A stretch of 64,000 bases of DNA from an uncultured Bacteroidota bacterium (GTDB lineage Bacteria; Bacteroidota; Bacteroidia; Flavobacteriales_D; Sanyastnellaceae): NCBI GenBank assembly GCA_903932685.1, contig CAIZGX010000058.1, positions 634 through 64,633 of the forward strand, given 5' to 3'. The translations under genes and the position numbers were made by a program. Below the pieces are notes generated by a model. That model made no database searches. It saw nothing but the letters and a program-made list of their open reading frames with translations, and was not told the DNA's origin. Positions 9,117 through 19,645 of the stretch are shown here, piece after piece. Position 1 is the first letter of the stretch; each line of letters begins with the position of its first letter.

Positions 9117-11030
9117 TTACTTTTTCAATTTCTTTTTGTTGGCATCCAACTTCGCTTGCTGCGCCTTTTGCATTTCTTCAATGCGTGAAGCAAATCCACC
9201 TTTTTTCTTCGGTTTCTTTTTGTTCGATTCAATTTTCTCACGAATAGAATCTTCATTCACGAAGTACTTCTTTATCGCCCACATTTGACCAATAGAAATA
9301 ACGTTCGCTGTGAAGTAGTACAAGCTTAATCCAGATGGCATGCTGTTGAAGAAGAAGATCATCATGAATGAGAAGATGTTCATCATCACTTTCATGTTAG
9401 GCATTCCCGGTTGAGTCATCGTTGGCTGAGAGCCCATGCTCATCTTCGAATAAACAAACGTAGATGCAGCCATTAACAAAGTGAATCCACTCACGTGCGC
9501 TCCGTAGAACGGTACGTTGAAAGGAAGATTTAAAATGCTGTCATACGCCGCCAAATCTTCTGCCCACAAGAAACTCTTTCCACGCAAAACAATCTCTGCT
9601 GGGAAGAAGCGGAACATCGCATAAAGAATAGGCATTTGAAGCAATACAGGAATACAACCCGCAAAAGGATTCACACCAGTCTGACGGTAAAGCGCCATCG
9701 TAGCTTGTTGCTTTTCCATCGGATCTTTTCCTTCGAACTTCTTGTTAATCTCATCGATCTCAGGCTTCAAAACGCGCATCTTCGCACCGCTTAAGAAGTT
9801 CTTCCAAGTGATAGGGAAGAGGACCATCTTAATTATAATGGTCACAATTAAAATAATTAATCCGAAGGATACAATGTAATCTGAAAGGAACCAAAACAAT
9901 GGGCGAACAGCATACTTGTTTACATAGCCAATGATCCACCATCCGTAGTCAATGATGTTGGTGAACTCGGCTGCGCCGCTGGCTTCAAGCGCTTTATACT
10001 CATTCGGACCTAGGTAAAATTGGAACTCAGCTTTTGAAATTGAAGATGATTGAACGCCTTCCATGCTCTTCATTTCGAAAGTCTTTATCTTCAAAGGCAA
10101 TTCAGCGTAATATGATTTGGTGTGCTGCGAATCTGCAGGAACCATAATGCTTAGGTCTGCGTTTTTATCGAAGCCTTCGGCGCTAATAATTGCAGCAGTG
10201 AAATAATCTTGCTTCATCGCAACCCAATTCAATTCCTTCTCTGGACGCTTCTGATCGCCCGCTCCTTCGCTCAGGTAGTTACGATCTTCTTCCACTTCAC
10301 GATAGAAAATAGAAGACTTGCTACGCTCTGCTTGAATTCCTTTTTCATTTGCCAATCCGTTCAGCAACCAACGGAAAACCAGCGGCGATCCGAACATTTC
10401 ATTCTCCATCCCCTTCGCCTCGAAATTACATTTTACATTGTAAGAGTTTGGCTCAATTGAATACGTCCACTGCAATTGCGCGTTGTTGCTTCCGGTTGCT
10501 GTTAAAACCACAGTAGCAGCTCCATCTGTTGCATTTGCGTTGGTCGTTGAAGCAGTGAAATTCAATTCACTCGACAGCAAAACAGCGCCGCTGCCATTCT
10601 TCCAAGCAATGTCCATCTTGCTTTGAGCGGTATCCCAAAGCTGAACTTGATTGTCTGAATTGAATTTCTTGTAATCAGCTTCAAGTAATTCTGCTGAATG
10701 TAACAATCCTCCTTTCGAAGAAATCTTAACTCTGATTTTATTGTTGGAAAGAACCGTGTACGTCTCTAGCGCTGGCATGGCAGCTGCATCCATTGAACCG
10801 TAACGAGCTGTATTCAAAACTGCAACTTCGGTAGGTATTGAAATACCGTTGGAGGTAACAGCATTAGAGCTTTCAGGGGCCGGAGTGCTTTCGGTTTGAG
10901 CCGTTTGTTCGGTTTGTTTAGGCGCATTTGCTGCCGCTTCAGCTTTGTTCTTTGCAGAATACCAACTAAAGCCAACGGCAATAAGAAGCATTAACGAAAG
11001 TCCAATGACGGTGTTTTTATCGAATTTCAT
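9117..11030 (-). CDS. yidC: Membrane protein insertase YidC
   Basis: MKFDKNTVIG N-terminus, large periplasmic domain, GVNPFAGCIPVLLQMPI and SGLSLYY motifs. Confidence 0.96.
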   Translation of the reverse strand: MKFDKNTVIGLSLMLLIAVGFSWYSAKNKAEAAANAPKQTEQTAQTESTPAPESSNAVTSNGISIPTEVAVLNTARYGSMDAAAMPALETYTVLSNNKIRVKISSKGGLLHSAELLEADYKKFNSDNQVQLWDTAQSKMDIAWKNGSGAVLLSSELNFTASTTNANATDGAATVVLTATGSNNAQLQWTYSIEPNSYNVKCNFEAKGMENEMFGSPLVFRWLLNGLANEKGIQAERSKSSIFYREVEEDRNYLSEGAGDQKRPEKELNWVAMKQDYFTAAIISAEGFDKNADLSIMVPADSQHTKSYYAELPLKIKTFEMKSMEGVQSSSISKAEFQFYLGPNEYKALEASGAAEFTNIIDYGWWIIGYVNKYAVRPLFWFLSDYIVSFGLIILIVTIIIKMVLFPITWKNFLSGAKMRVLKPEIDEINKKFEGKDPMEKQQATMALYRQTGVNPFAGCIPVLLQMPILYAMFRFFPAEIVLRGKSFLWAEDLAAYDSILNLPFNVPFYGAHVSGFTLLMAASTFVYSKMSMGSQPTMTQPGMPNMKVMMNIFSFMMIFFFNSMPSGLSLYYFTANVISIGQMWAIKKYFVNEDSIREKIESNKKKPKKKGGFASRIEEMQKAQQAKLDANKKKLKK

Positions 11031-11123
11031 GTTTAGTAAATGAGGTGCAAAAGTCGGAAGTATTCATAAAACTTCCACTTTTTTTTGTGTTCACTTCAAT
11101 TAATCGTGAATTTTGCCGAAATC

Positions 11124-12122
11124 ATGAAGCTAACCCATTCAACAATAAAGTTTTTCGTTTTGCTACTATTGCTGATTGTGGTATGCCTAATCGCCCTCAT
11201 GTTGGGTAGCCAATATCTAACCTTGAATTCGTTGTTTGAAGTAAGTGAATCTCCCGCTGGTCGTGTCCTCTGGCAACACCGTCTGCCCCATGTGCTGGGT
11301 GCTTTAATTGTTGGAAGCTCACTCGCATTGAGCGGGAATTACATGCAAGTAATTTTCCGAAATCCACTTGCCGGACCTTCTGTTCTTGGTATCACCGGTG
11401 GAGCCTCATTGGCAATGGCTGTTATATTTTTAACATCTTGGGGGTTAAATTGGTTCCTCAATGCAGGAACATGGGCTTTATTTATTCCGGCTTTTGCAGG
11501 GGCAATGTTGGTTCTCTCGTTGTTACTCGTTATTCAACGAAAACTTCCCATGGCTTCAACACTGCTTGTGGTGGGTTTGCTCTTTTCGCACTTCACCGGC
11601 GCCATTGAAAGCATTCTGCAAAAAATGGCTGGAGCTAACAACGTTGCGCAGTTTGTGGTTTGGGGAATGGGTTCTTTGGATAATCTTACGTTGGCGCAAT
11701 TGCCCTGGTTGTTATTAGGAGCTTTCGTTCCCTTCATTCCGACCTTTTATTTTTTAAGGAAGTTGAACGCTTTCGCCATGGGCGAGCAGATCGCAGCCAC
11801 TTCGGGAGTAGATGTTGTGAAACTGCGCTGGGTGTTTTTGATTTCAGTTGGAATTTCCACAGCAACAATAACTGCCTTCTGTGGACCCATTGCCTTCATT
11901 GGACTCATGGCGCCGCATGTTGCCCGAATGTTCATTCGAACCTTCAATCAACTTCAACTTGTACTTTTTATTCCATTCGTCGGAGCGCTGTTGTTGGTCA
12001 TTGCCGACGCCCTTTCGCGCTATTACGCATTGCCGCTCAACGCAGTGACCGCTGCAATAGGCATTCCGTGCGTGTTTTACATTGTGTTCAACCCTAAACG
12101 AAGCGGCGTATGGATCAGCTAG
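11124..12122 (+). CDS. FecCD/BtuC-family iron-chelate or cobalamin ABC transporter permease
   Basis: RLP, SGxxMQxxFRNPLAGPSVLGITGGA, GPIAFIGLMAPH motifs. Confidence 0.92.
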   Translation: MKLTHSTIKFFVLLLLLIVVCLIALMLGSQYLTLNSLFEVSESPAGRVLWQHRLPHVLGALIVGSSLALSGNYMQVIFRNPLAGPSVLGITGGASLAMAVIFLTSWGLNWFLNAGTWALFIPAFAGAMLVLSLLLVIQRKLPMASTLLVVGLLFSHFTGAIESILQKMAGANNVAQFVVWGMGSLDNLTLAQLPWLLLGAFVPFIPTFYFLRKLNAFAMGEQIAATSGVDVVKLRWVFLISVGISTATITAFCGPIAFIGLMAPHVARMFIRTFNQLQLVLFIPFVGALLLVIADALSRYYALPLNAVTAAIGIPCVFYIVFNPKRSGVWIS

Positions 12123-12724
12123 TGGTGAATGAAGTTAGCGTTGTTCGTGGAAAGAAAACAGTTCTTTCCAACTTGAACATGTCATTCTCTTTCGGAGAGT
12201 TAGTGGCCATTGAAGGAAACAACGGTTCAGGGAAATCTACTTTTTTAGATGCGCTAGCAGGAATAATTTCCCTGTCTGAAGGTAAAATTTTTATGGAAGG
12301 AAAACCACTTAGTCAGATGACTTATTCTGATCGTGCATCCTTTATTTCTTACGTCCCTTCACGGAAAACAACCGCTGCAGCTTTGGAGGTTACAACAGCG
12401 ATTGCAGTGGGAGATGTATTTGGAAAGAAGATGAGTCGGGTGGAAGAGGCCATACAGAAATTCAACTTGAATGAACTTCAAAACAATCTGCTCACTGAGT
12501 TAAGCGACGGCGAATACCAGCGTGTTCAACTCGCGCGTGCGTGGGTTCAAGACACGCCTATTGTGCTGCTAGATGAGCCTGCTGCGCATCTAGACGCCAC
12601 GTCCCGCGAGAATTTATTTGCTGAATTGTTGAAGTGGGCCGAAGGCGATAATAAATTAGTTATCGTATGTTCCCACGAATTGCATTTGAACAAGCAGTTC
12701 GCTTCAAGAATTATTCAATTCTAA
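12110..12724 (+). CDS. ABC transporter ATP-binding protein (FecE/BtuD-like)
   Basis: Walker A GNNGSGKST, LSDGEYQR, LLDEP, SHE motifs; overlaps the permease. Confidence 0.92.
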   Translation: MDQLVVNEVSVVRGKKTVLSNLNMSFSFGELVAIEGNNGSGKSTFLDALAGIISLSEGKIFMEGKPLSQMTYSDRASFISYVPSRKTTAAALEVTTAIAVGDVFGKKMSRVEEAIQKFNLNELQNNLLTELSDGEYQRVQLARAWVQDTPIVLLDEPAAHLDATSRENLFAELLKWAEGDNKLVIVCSHELHLNKQFASRIIQF

Positions 12725-12791
12725 TATTGAGCAATATTTGAGGCTTGAATCTGTTTCACAAAGACTTATTTTTACAAAAAATTATTAGACC

Positions 12792-14414
12792 ATGAAAAGA
12801 AGGCTAACCCTTTTCTTCGCGCTTTGTGCGTTTGTTTCTTTCTCTCAATCGAAGAGCGTTACTGCTCCAATTACTGATGTAACATTATTCTTGAGCGGTG
12901 CGCAAGTGACGCACAGGGGTGATGTAAACCTGAGGAAGGGGGAGAATACCCTTGTTCTATCTGGACTTACAGCCGGCATGGATGTTAACTCTATTCAGAT
13001 TTTAGGAAATAAGGATTACACAATCCTAAGTGTGAAGCATCAGATGAATTACACCTCGAAGGTTTCAAATACCCGCGTGCGTGCCATTCAGGACAGCATT
13101 AAACTTTTGGGTTTCCAAACTTCTGAACGCGCAAGTTTACGCGCTGTGTATCAGGAAGAAAAAGCGTTCTTGCAAGCGAATCGCTCAATTAAAGGAGACA
13201 ATGCGTTGCTTATTCGCGAGGACCTTTCCGAAATGGCAGACTTCTACAGAAGCCGCATGAAGGAAATTGAATACAAGATTTTAGACTTGAATCAGACCGA
13301 TCGTGAGAACAACGAAAAGCTTCAGCATTTACAAACACAGCTTTCGCAACTGCAATCACAAAACGTAACCAATCCGGGTGAAATTGAATTTGTCGTAACC
13401 ACCGATGAAGACAAGAGAGCAGATGTGGTGATTATCTATTTGGCAACCAATGCGGGCTGGACGCCCTACTACGACTTGCGTGCTGAAGACATTGAGTCTG
13501 ATATCGAATTCACCTATCGCGCGAAAGTGTGGCAAGGCACAGGCGCAGATTGGAAGCGTGTGAACTTGACCATTTCAACGGGTAATCCGAATGTGGGTGC
13601 GCAAGTTCCAGCATTGAATCCGTGGTACTTGAACATTTACGCTCCTCAAGCCTACCGCGGTAGAGCGAAGGCCGATGCGTATGGGTATGACGATCTTCAA
13701 AAACCTGCGGCCATGGCATCCGGGTATTTTGCTGAAATGGACAAATCATCTCGGGCAATGAATAGCATGCAAACGTCTGCTTCTTTCACAACAATTACAT
13801 CTAATTCAGTGAGCACTGAATTTAAAATTTCCATTAAATACGACATCGCTAGTGACAACCAGCCGGTTGAAGTGGTGATGCAAAAGCAACGCTTGAAAGC
13901 CTCTTATAAATACGTCGCAATTCCTAAATTGGAAGCAGCTGCATACTTACAAGCTGACATTATCGATTGGATGCAGTACAGCTTATTAAGCGGTGAAAGT
14001 AACATTTACTTCAAAGGAACATTTGTTGGAAACGGATACATAGACCCAGCTTTGGCGAACGATACGCTTCAATTGTCATTGGGACGCGACAACGCCATTA
14101 CCGTGAAACGCGATCAAGTGAAAGACTTCTGCAAGACCAGTGTTTTCGGCGTGAAGAAATCTACCTCTAAGGCCTATGAAATTACCATCGTGAACACGAA
14201 GAAGAAAGCAATCAATATTGAAGTCTACGACCAAGTTCCACTTACACAGAATGCAGATTTGGAAGTGGCAGTGGAAGAGCTTTCAGGAGCTACGCAAGAC
14301 ATTGCCACTGGTAAAGTAACGTGGAAGATGACCGTTGAACCCGAGAAGACAGAGAAGCGTCAATTACGATTCACGGTGAAATATCCGAAGAAGAATCTGA
14401 TTCAGAACTTGTAA
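12792..14414 (+). CDS. DUF4140/DUF4139 domain protein (MuiA-like)
   Basis: Signal peptide; ITDVTLFLSGAQV, AGWTPYYDLR, WQGTGADW, VYDQVP motifs. Confidence 0.85.
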   Translation: MKRRLTLFFALCAFVSFSQSKSVTAPITDVTLFLSGAQVTHRGDVNLRKGENTLVLSGLTAGMDVNSIQILGNKDYTILSVKHQMNYTSKVSNTRVRAIQDSIKLLGFQTSERASLRAVYQEEKAFLQANRSIKGDNALLIREDLSEMADFYRSRMKEIEYKILDLNQTDRENNEKLQHLQTQLSQLQSQNVTNPGEIEFVVTTDEDKRADVVIIYLATNAGWTPYYDLRAEDIESDIEFTYRAKVWQGTGADWKRVNLTISTGNPNVGAQVPALNPWYLNIYAPQAYRGRAKADAYGYDDLQKPAAMASGYFAEMDKSSRAMNSMQTSASFTTITSNSVSTEFKISIKYDIASDNQPVEVVMQKQRLKASYKYVAIPKLEAAAYLQADIIDWMQYSLLSGESNIYFKGTFVGNGYIDPALANDTLQLSLGRDNAITVKRDQVKDFCKTSVFGVKKSTSKAYEITIVNTKKKAINIEVYDQVPLTQNADLEVAVEELSGATQDIATGKVTWKMTVEPEKTEKRQLRFTVKYPKKNLIQNL

Positions 14415-14419
14415 AAGAA

Positions 14420-15298
14420 ATGAGTCGATTGTTGTTTTGGCTTTTCCTGAAGCCCTTGAGTTTGCTGCCTTATTTTATTCTTTATCGAATATCTGATTTG
14501 GCGTTCTTCATCTTGTGCGTGTGCATGGGCTATCGCAAGAAGGTGGTCATGTACAATCTGGAATTGGTTTTTCCAACCAAAACAAAAAAAGAACGTGAGC
14601 AAATTGCTTGGGATTTTTACCGCCATTTCTGCGATCTGATATTGGAGGTCATTAAGAATTTTTCGGTATCCGAAAAGCAATTGCGTAAACGCTTCGTGGT
14701 GCACAATTCAGATGTGCTGAAGGCCTATTCAGAAAAGGGACAGAGCGTAATTGTTTGTGGAGGTCACTACGCGAATTGGGAGATGTGGGCACTAGCAGCA
14801 CCAATTCAATGCAGCATGCCACTCGTGGCTATTTACAAGCGATTGAGCAATCCTTATTTCGATCGTAAGATGCGCGAATCGCGCAAGAAGTATGGAATGC
14901 AACTGGTTTCAACACGCGCAACAAAAGAGTACTTGGAAGAGCACCAGGGCGAGCTTATGGGAATGGTCTTCGCTGTTGATCAATCGCCTGCCGATCCGAA
15001 GAAATGTGTTTGGATTAACTTCTTGGGCATTGAGACACCGGCGTATTATGGCGCAGAGAAGTATGCGAAAGAATTGAACCTTCCCGTTGTGTTTGGGCAT
15101 CTGAATAAAATTCGAAGAGGATATTACGAATCGCACTTTGAAGTGCTGACAGAAAATCCACGCGAATTCGAGACAGGAGGACTTATTCAATTGGCGAACG
15201 ACCGTGTGGCCGAGGATATTTATAAGAAACCCTATTTGTGGTTATGGACCCACAAGCGTTGGAAACACAAGGACAAGAAGCCGAAAGAACAGCAGTAA
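14420..15298 (+). CDS. Lipid A / lysophospholipid acyltransferase (LpxL/HtrB-like)
   Basis: HYANWE catalytic motif, DQSP, WLWTHKRWK. Confidence 0.92.
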   Translation: MSRLLFWLFLKPLSLLPYFILYRISDLAFFILCVCMGYRKKVVMYNLELVFPTKTKKEREQIAWDFYRHFCDLILEVIKNFSVSEKQLRKRFVVHNSDVLKAYSEKGQSVIVCGGHYANWEMWALAAPIQCSMPLVAIYKRLSNPYFDRKMRESRKKYGMQLVSTRATKEYLEEHQGELMGMVFAVDQSPADPKKCVWINFLGIETPAYYGAEKYAKELNLPVVFGHLNKIRRGYYESHFEVLTENPREFETGGLIQLANDRVAEDIYKKPYLWLWTHKRWKHKDKKPKEQQ

Positions 15299-15364
15299 AA
15301 ATGGGACGTTCGAAGGGAAATCAAAAAAAAATCAACTCTCTCTTGTTCCTTTCAGAATAATGCA

Positions 15365-15372
15365 TATATTTG
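15365..15372 (+). promoter_or_regulatory. Bacteroidota sigma-A -7 promoter box for rplS
   Basis: TATATTTG matches TAnnTTTG, 34 nt upstream of the ATG. Confidence 0.65.
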
Positions 15373-15406
15373 CAGCCCTATTTTTAGGGACGAAAATCAG
15401 ACGACT

Positions 15407-15772
15407 ATGAACCGCATAAAGGAACTTGAAAGCAGAATTAACCCAATCGCAGAATACCCAAAATTCTCTGCAGGTGACACCATTTCTGTAACGTATAAAA
15501 TTATTGAAGGAGCGAAAGAGCGTCTTCAAACATTCTCTGGAGTAGTAATCCAAAGAAGAGGAACAGGTTCAACAGAAACCTTTACCGTTCGCAAAATGTC
15601 GAACAGTGTGGGTGTTGAGCGTATCTTCCCAATTGCTTCACCTTTTATTGATAAAATTGAAGTGAACAAACGCGGAAAGGTGCGTCGTGCACGTATCTTC
15701 TACTTGCGCAGCCTTACTGGTAAAGCAAGTCGTATCCAAGAAAGAAAGTACTTCGGCCCAGTGTCGAAATAA
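15407..15772 (+). CDS. rplS: 50S ribosomal protein L19
   Basis: [39 protein letters not shown]. Confidence 0.98.
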   Translation: MNRIKELESRINPIAEYPKFSAGDTISVTYKIIEGAKERLQTFSGVVIQRRGTGSTETFTVRKMSNSVGVERIFPIASPFIDKIEVNKRGKVRRARIFYLRSLTGKASRIQERKYFGPVSK

Positions 15773-15796
15773 AAACACTTTGATAGAGTATAGATT

Positions 15797-15819
15797 AGGG
15801 TTCTTCGGAACCCTTTTTT
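15797..15819 (+). terminator. Intrinsic terminator after rplS
   Basis: AGGGTTC-ttcg-GAACCCT followed by TTTTT. Confidence 0.85.
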
Positions 15820-15986
15820 ATTTACTAGAAATCAAAAACGCCCTTCCGTTGAAGAGCGTTTTCGATTCCTTAACCAAAACCTACACCCGATTGGGTGAAC
15901 CTTACTGCGCTAACGAATTCCTACTTTGTTAAATTGTGTGAATAAGAAAAAATAATCTTTCGAGTGCATTGAATTATTTTCGAAGC

Positions 15987-16394
15987 ATGAATAATGAAAA
16001 AAATCCATCGCTTTCGCACCTTATTGGATGTGTGGAAGAATTTCACAATGCATTCCGAATTCCCGTACGTAAAACACCAACAGGTGAATTGGAAGAACGT
16101 GAATACACCCTGCGTTTCAATTTAATGAAGGAAGAGAACGAAGAGTATTTGGAAGCTGCTCAGAATGGCGATATCGTTGAAATAGCCGATGCTTTAGGCG
16201 ACATGCTTTATATCCTATGCGGTACCATGAACGCGCACGGTCTGCACCAGCAAATGGGAGAGATCTTCGCAGAGATTCAGCGAAGCAACATGAGTAAGCT
16301 CGACGATAATGGCGAGCCTATCTATCGCGAAGACGGAAAGGTGATGAAGAGCAGTAATTATTTCAAACCGAATATTGCAAAGTTCTTAAAATAG
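15987..16394 (+). CDS. MazG-like / PRA-PH nucleoside triphosphate pyrophosphohydrolase
   Basis: EENEEY...EIADALGDMLY...SNMSK...DGKVMKS. Confidence 0.9.
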   Translation: MNNEKNPSLSHLIGCVEEFHNAFRIPVRKTPTGELEEREYTLRFNLMKEENEEYLEAAQNGDIVEIADALGDMLYILCGTMNAHGLHQQMGEIFAEIQRSNMSKLDDNGEPIYREDGKVMKSSNYFKPNIAKFLK

Positions 16395-16435
16395 AATAGC
16401 CCCGTTGTTGCTATCTTTGCACCTCATTTTTCACT

Positions 16436-18376
16436 ATGTTAAACATCTCTTTACCCGATGGTAGCGTTCGCTCTGTAGAAGAAGGTACTTCTGCAATGCA
16501 ATTGGCTGCTCAAATTAGCGAAGGTCTTGCACGTAATGTGCTTGCTGCAGAAGTCAACGGAGTAGTTGTAGACGCTTCGCGTCCGCTTCCCGATAATGCT
16601 GCGGTAAAGTTGCTCACGTGGAATGACGAAAACGGAAAGTCCACCATGTGGCACAGCTCTGCTCACCTGATGGCTGAAGCGCTGGAAGTGCTTTATCCCG
16701 GTGTGAAATTGGCCATTGGTCCTCCGATTGAAAACGGATTTTACTACGATGTAGATTTCGAAGGAAAGCCGTTCACGCAAGAAGATTTTTCGAAGGTGGA
16801 AAAATTAATGTTGGAATTGGCGCGTCAGAAGAACGAATTCGTTCGCAAGGAAGTGTCTAAGGCCGATGCAATTTCTTACTTCACAGCGAAGGGAGATCAG
16901 TATAAATTAGAATTGATAGAAGGTCTTCAAGACGGAGAAATCACGTTCTACACCCAAGGTAATTTCACAGACTTATGTCGCGGTCCTCATATTCCAAACA
17001 CGGGATTCATTAAAGCCGCGAAGCTTATGAATGTTGCCGGTGCCTATTGGAGAGGCGACGAAAAAAATAAAATGTTAACGCGTGTTTACGCAATCACTTT
17101 TCCAAAAGCAGCTGAACTTGAAGAATATTTGGTTCAGGTGGAAGAAGCGAAGAAACGCGACCACAGAAAGCTTGGAAAGGAAATGGGCTTGTTCCATTTT
17201 TCTCAACGAGTAGGAAGCGGTTTGCCACTTTGGTTGCCGAAGGGAACCGACTTGCGCACACGTCTGCAGAACTTCTTGACTGTTGCGCAAAAGAAGGCCG
17301 GGTATCAACCGGTCATTACTCCGCACATAGGTTCGAAAGAATTGTATGAAACCAGCGGTCACTGGGCGAAATACGGTGCAGATAGTTTTCAACCCATACA
17401 CACTCCGCAAGAGGGAGAGATGTATATGTTGAAACCGATGAACTGTCCGCATCACTGCGAAATATACAATGCAGAACCACGCAGTTACAAAGATTTGCCA
17501 CTTCGCTTTTCTGAATTCGGAACGGTTTATCGTTACGAGCAAACAGGAGAGTTACACGGATTGACTCGTGTTCGTGGATTTACCCAAGACGATGCGCACA
17601 TCTTCTGCACGCCCGACCAGGTGAAGGAAGAAATTGGAAAAGTGATTGACTTGGTTCTTTACATTTTCAAGACCTTGAATTTCCATGATTTCTTGGCTCA
17701 AGTTTCGCTTCGCGATCCGATTAACCGTGAGAAATACATTGGTACGGATGAGAATTGGGAGAAAGCTGAATTGGCTATTCAGGAAGTAGCGAATGAGAAA
17801 GGACTTCGTACGGTGGTTGAATACGGTGAAGCTGCATTCTACGGGCCGAAGCTTGACTTCATGGTTCGCGATGCCATTGGAAGAAAATGGCAATTGGGTA
17901 CTGTTCAGTTGGATTACAATCTTCCGGAACGTTTCCAATTGGAATATACCGGATCGGACAATCAGAAGCACAGACCTGTCATGATCCATCGCGCACCTTT
18001 CGGAAGTATGGAGCGTTTTGTAGCAATTTTAATTGAGCACTGTGCTGGACAGTTTCCGTTGTGGTTATCGCCAGAGCAAGTGAGAATTTTGCCCGTTAGC
18101 GAGAAATACAACGATTACGCAAAAAAAGTAGCAAATACGCTAGAAATTTCCGATATTCGCGCCCTCGTTGACGATACTAACGAGAAAGTGGGAAAGAAAA
18201 TACGTGAAGCGGAGCTTGCAAAAGTGACCTACATGTTGGTGGTTGGTGAGACGGAAATGCTAGCAAACTCAGTGTCTGCACGTAAAAAAGGCGATGGAGA
18301 TTTGGGTGTGTTTAGTGTTGAAGACTTTGCCAATATGGTGAATGATGAAGTGGCTAACATGTTGAAAGAAATTTAA
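16436..18376 (+). CDS. thrS: Threonine--tRNA ligase
   Basis: TGS domain, [50 protein letters not shown]. Confidence 0.98.
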   Translation: MLNISLPDGSVRSVEEGTSAMQLAAQISEGLARNVLAAEVNGVVVDASRPLPDNAAVKLLTWNDENGKSTMWHSSAHLMAEALEVLYPGVKLAIGPPIENGFYYDVDFEGKPFTQEDFSKVEKLMLELARQKNEFVRKEVSKADAISYFTAKGDQYKLELIEGLQDGEITFYTQGNFTDLCRGPHIPNTGFIKAAKLMNVAGAYWRGDEKNKMLTRVYAITFPKAAELEEYLVQVEEAKKRDHRKLGKEMGLFHFSQRVGSGLPLWLPKGTDLRTRLQNFLTVAQKKAGYQPVITPHIGSKELYETSGHWAKYGADSFQPIHTPQEGEMYMLKPMNCPHHCEIYNAEPRSYKDLPLRFSEFGTVYRYEQTGELHGLTRVRGFTQDDAHIFCTPDQVKEEIGKVIDLVLYIFKTLNFHDFLAQVSLRDPINREKYIGTDENWEKAELAIQEVANEKGLRTVVEYGEAAFYGPKLDFMVRDAIGRKWQLGTVQLDYNLPERFQLEYTGSDNQKHRPVMIHRAPFGSMERFVAILIEHCAGQFPLWLSPEQVRILPVSEKYNDYAKKVANTLEISDIRALVDDTNEKVGKKIREAELAKVTYMLVVGETEMLANSVSARKKGDGDLGVFSVEDFANMVNDEVANMLKEI

Positions 18377-18395
18377 TAAACAAGGAGGAAATATC

Positions 18396-18935
18396 ATAAA
18401 GCGCGAGATGAGAGGCAGACGCATCTTTGAACCAGAACACAAAATTAACGATCGCATTAGCGCAGCCGAGGTACGCTTGGTAGGTGAGAATGTAGAAGTT
18501 GGAGTGTATTCTAGAGAAAAAGCATTAAAACTGGCTCAAGATTTAGAGGCAGATCTCGTAGAGATTTCCCCAAATGCCGTTCCACCGGTTTGTAGAATCA
18601 TTGACTACCGCAAGTTTCTTTACGATCAAAAGAAGAAGCAGAAGGAAATGAAGGCGAAGCAGGTGAACGTAACTGTAAAAGAAATTCGTTTCGGTCCTAA
18701 CACGGATGATCATGATTTTCAATTTAAGTTGAAGCACGCGCAAGAGTTCTTGAAAGAGGGAAGTAAGGTAAGAGCTTACGTTTTCTTTAAAGGTCGCTCT
18801 ATTGTTTTTAAAGAGAGAGGAGAAATATTGTTGTTGAAATTCGTTCAAGAACTTGCAGAGTTAGGAACTCCAGAGTTGTTGCCGAAATTGGAAGGGAAGA
18901 AAATGTTTGTTGTGATTAACCCAAAAAAGAAATAA
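18396..18935 (+). CDS. infC: Translation initiation factor IF-3, probable non-AUG (ATA) start
   Basis: INDRI...EVRLV, DLVEISP, KEIRFGP motifs; in-frame ATA at 18396 lies 7 nt after AAGGAGG; alternative ATG at 18408. Confidence 0.95.
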   Translation: MKREMRGRRIFEPEHKINDRISAAEVRLVGENVEVGVYSREKALKLAQDLEADLVEISPNAVPPVCRIIDYRKFLYDQKKKQKEMKAKQVNVTVKEIRFGPNTDDHDFQFKLKHAQEFLKEGSKVRAYVFFKGRSIVFKERGEILLLKFVQELAELGTPELLPKLEGKKMFVVINPKKK

Positions 18936-18953
18936 TTCTAACACCTAAATAAA

Positions 18954-19151
18954 ATGCCAAAAGCGAAAACAAAATCCGGCGCTAAGAAGCGTTTCCAGGT
19001 AACTGGATCCGGTAAGATTAAGCGTAAGAAGGCGTTCAAGAGACACATCTTAACCAAGAAGGGCACTAAGCAAAAGCGCAACTTGACAAAGACTGGTCTT
19101 GTACACCCATCTGACGAGAAATCGATCAAGGCGCAGTTGCTTGTAGCCTAA
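18954..19151 (+). CDS. rpmI: 50S ribosomal protein L35
   Basis: [14 protein letters not shown]...HILTKK. Confidence 0.98.
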   Translation: MPKAKTKSGAKKRFQVTGSGKIKRKKAFKRHILTKKGTKQKRNLTKTGLVHPSDEKSIKAQLLVA

Positions 19152-19239
19152 TGTTCACTCATTAAAGAAGCAAGGTAAAGTTTAACCCGGTAAAAGGTCT
19201 TAAGTTCGAAAGAACACCTTAGCCTAAAAACAAAAAGTT

Positions 19240-19587
19240 ATGCCACGCAGTAAAAACGCAGTCGCCAGTAGAGCCAGAAGAAGAAAAGTTCTTAAAATGG
19301 CAAAAGGTTATTTCGGTTCACGTAAAAACGTTTGGACAGTAGCCAAAAACTCAGTAGAAAAAGCATTATGCTATGCTTACATCGGACGTAAACTTCGCAA
19401 GCGCGATTTCCGTTCTTTGTGGATTGCTCGTATCAACGCCGGTGCTCGTCAGCACGGAATGTCATACAGCGCATTCATGGGTCAAATTCACGCACATGGA
19501 GTTGAATTGAATCGTAAGGTTCTTGCAGACTTAGCAATGAATCACCCAGAAGCGTTCAAAGCAGTAGCAGAGCGTGTAAAAAAATAA
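19240..19587 (+). CDS. rplT: 50S ribosomal protein L20
   Basis: [31 protein letters not shown]. Confidence 0.98.
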   Translation: MPRSKNAVASRARRRKVLKMAKGYFGSRKNVWTVAKNSVEKALCYAYIGRKLRKRDFRSLWIARINAGARQHGMSYSAFMGQIHAHGVELNRKVLADLAMNHPEAFKAVAERVKK

Positions 19588-19607
19588 TTTCTAGCAATAG
19601 AAATAAG

Positions 19608-19635
19608 AAAAGCCCTCTTCGGAGGGCTTTTTTTT
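19608..19635 (+). terminator. Intrinsic terminator of the thrS-infC-rpmI-rplT operon
   Basis: AAAAGCCCTC-ttcg-GAGGGCTTTTTTTT. Confidence 0.9.
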
Positions 19636-19645
19636 GCTTCGCAAA

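Noticed and set aside
15835..15862. Second hairpin after the rplS terminator (AAAACGCCCTTC-cgtt-GAAGAGCGTTTT)
   Set aside because: Imperfect stem, most simply a redundant or opposite-strand terminator; no evidence for a separate RNA gene.
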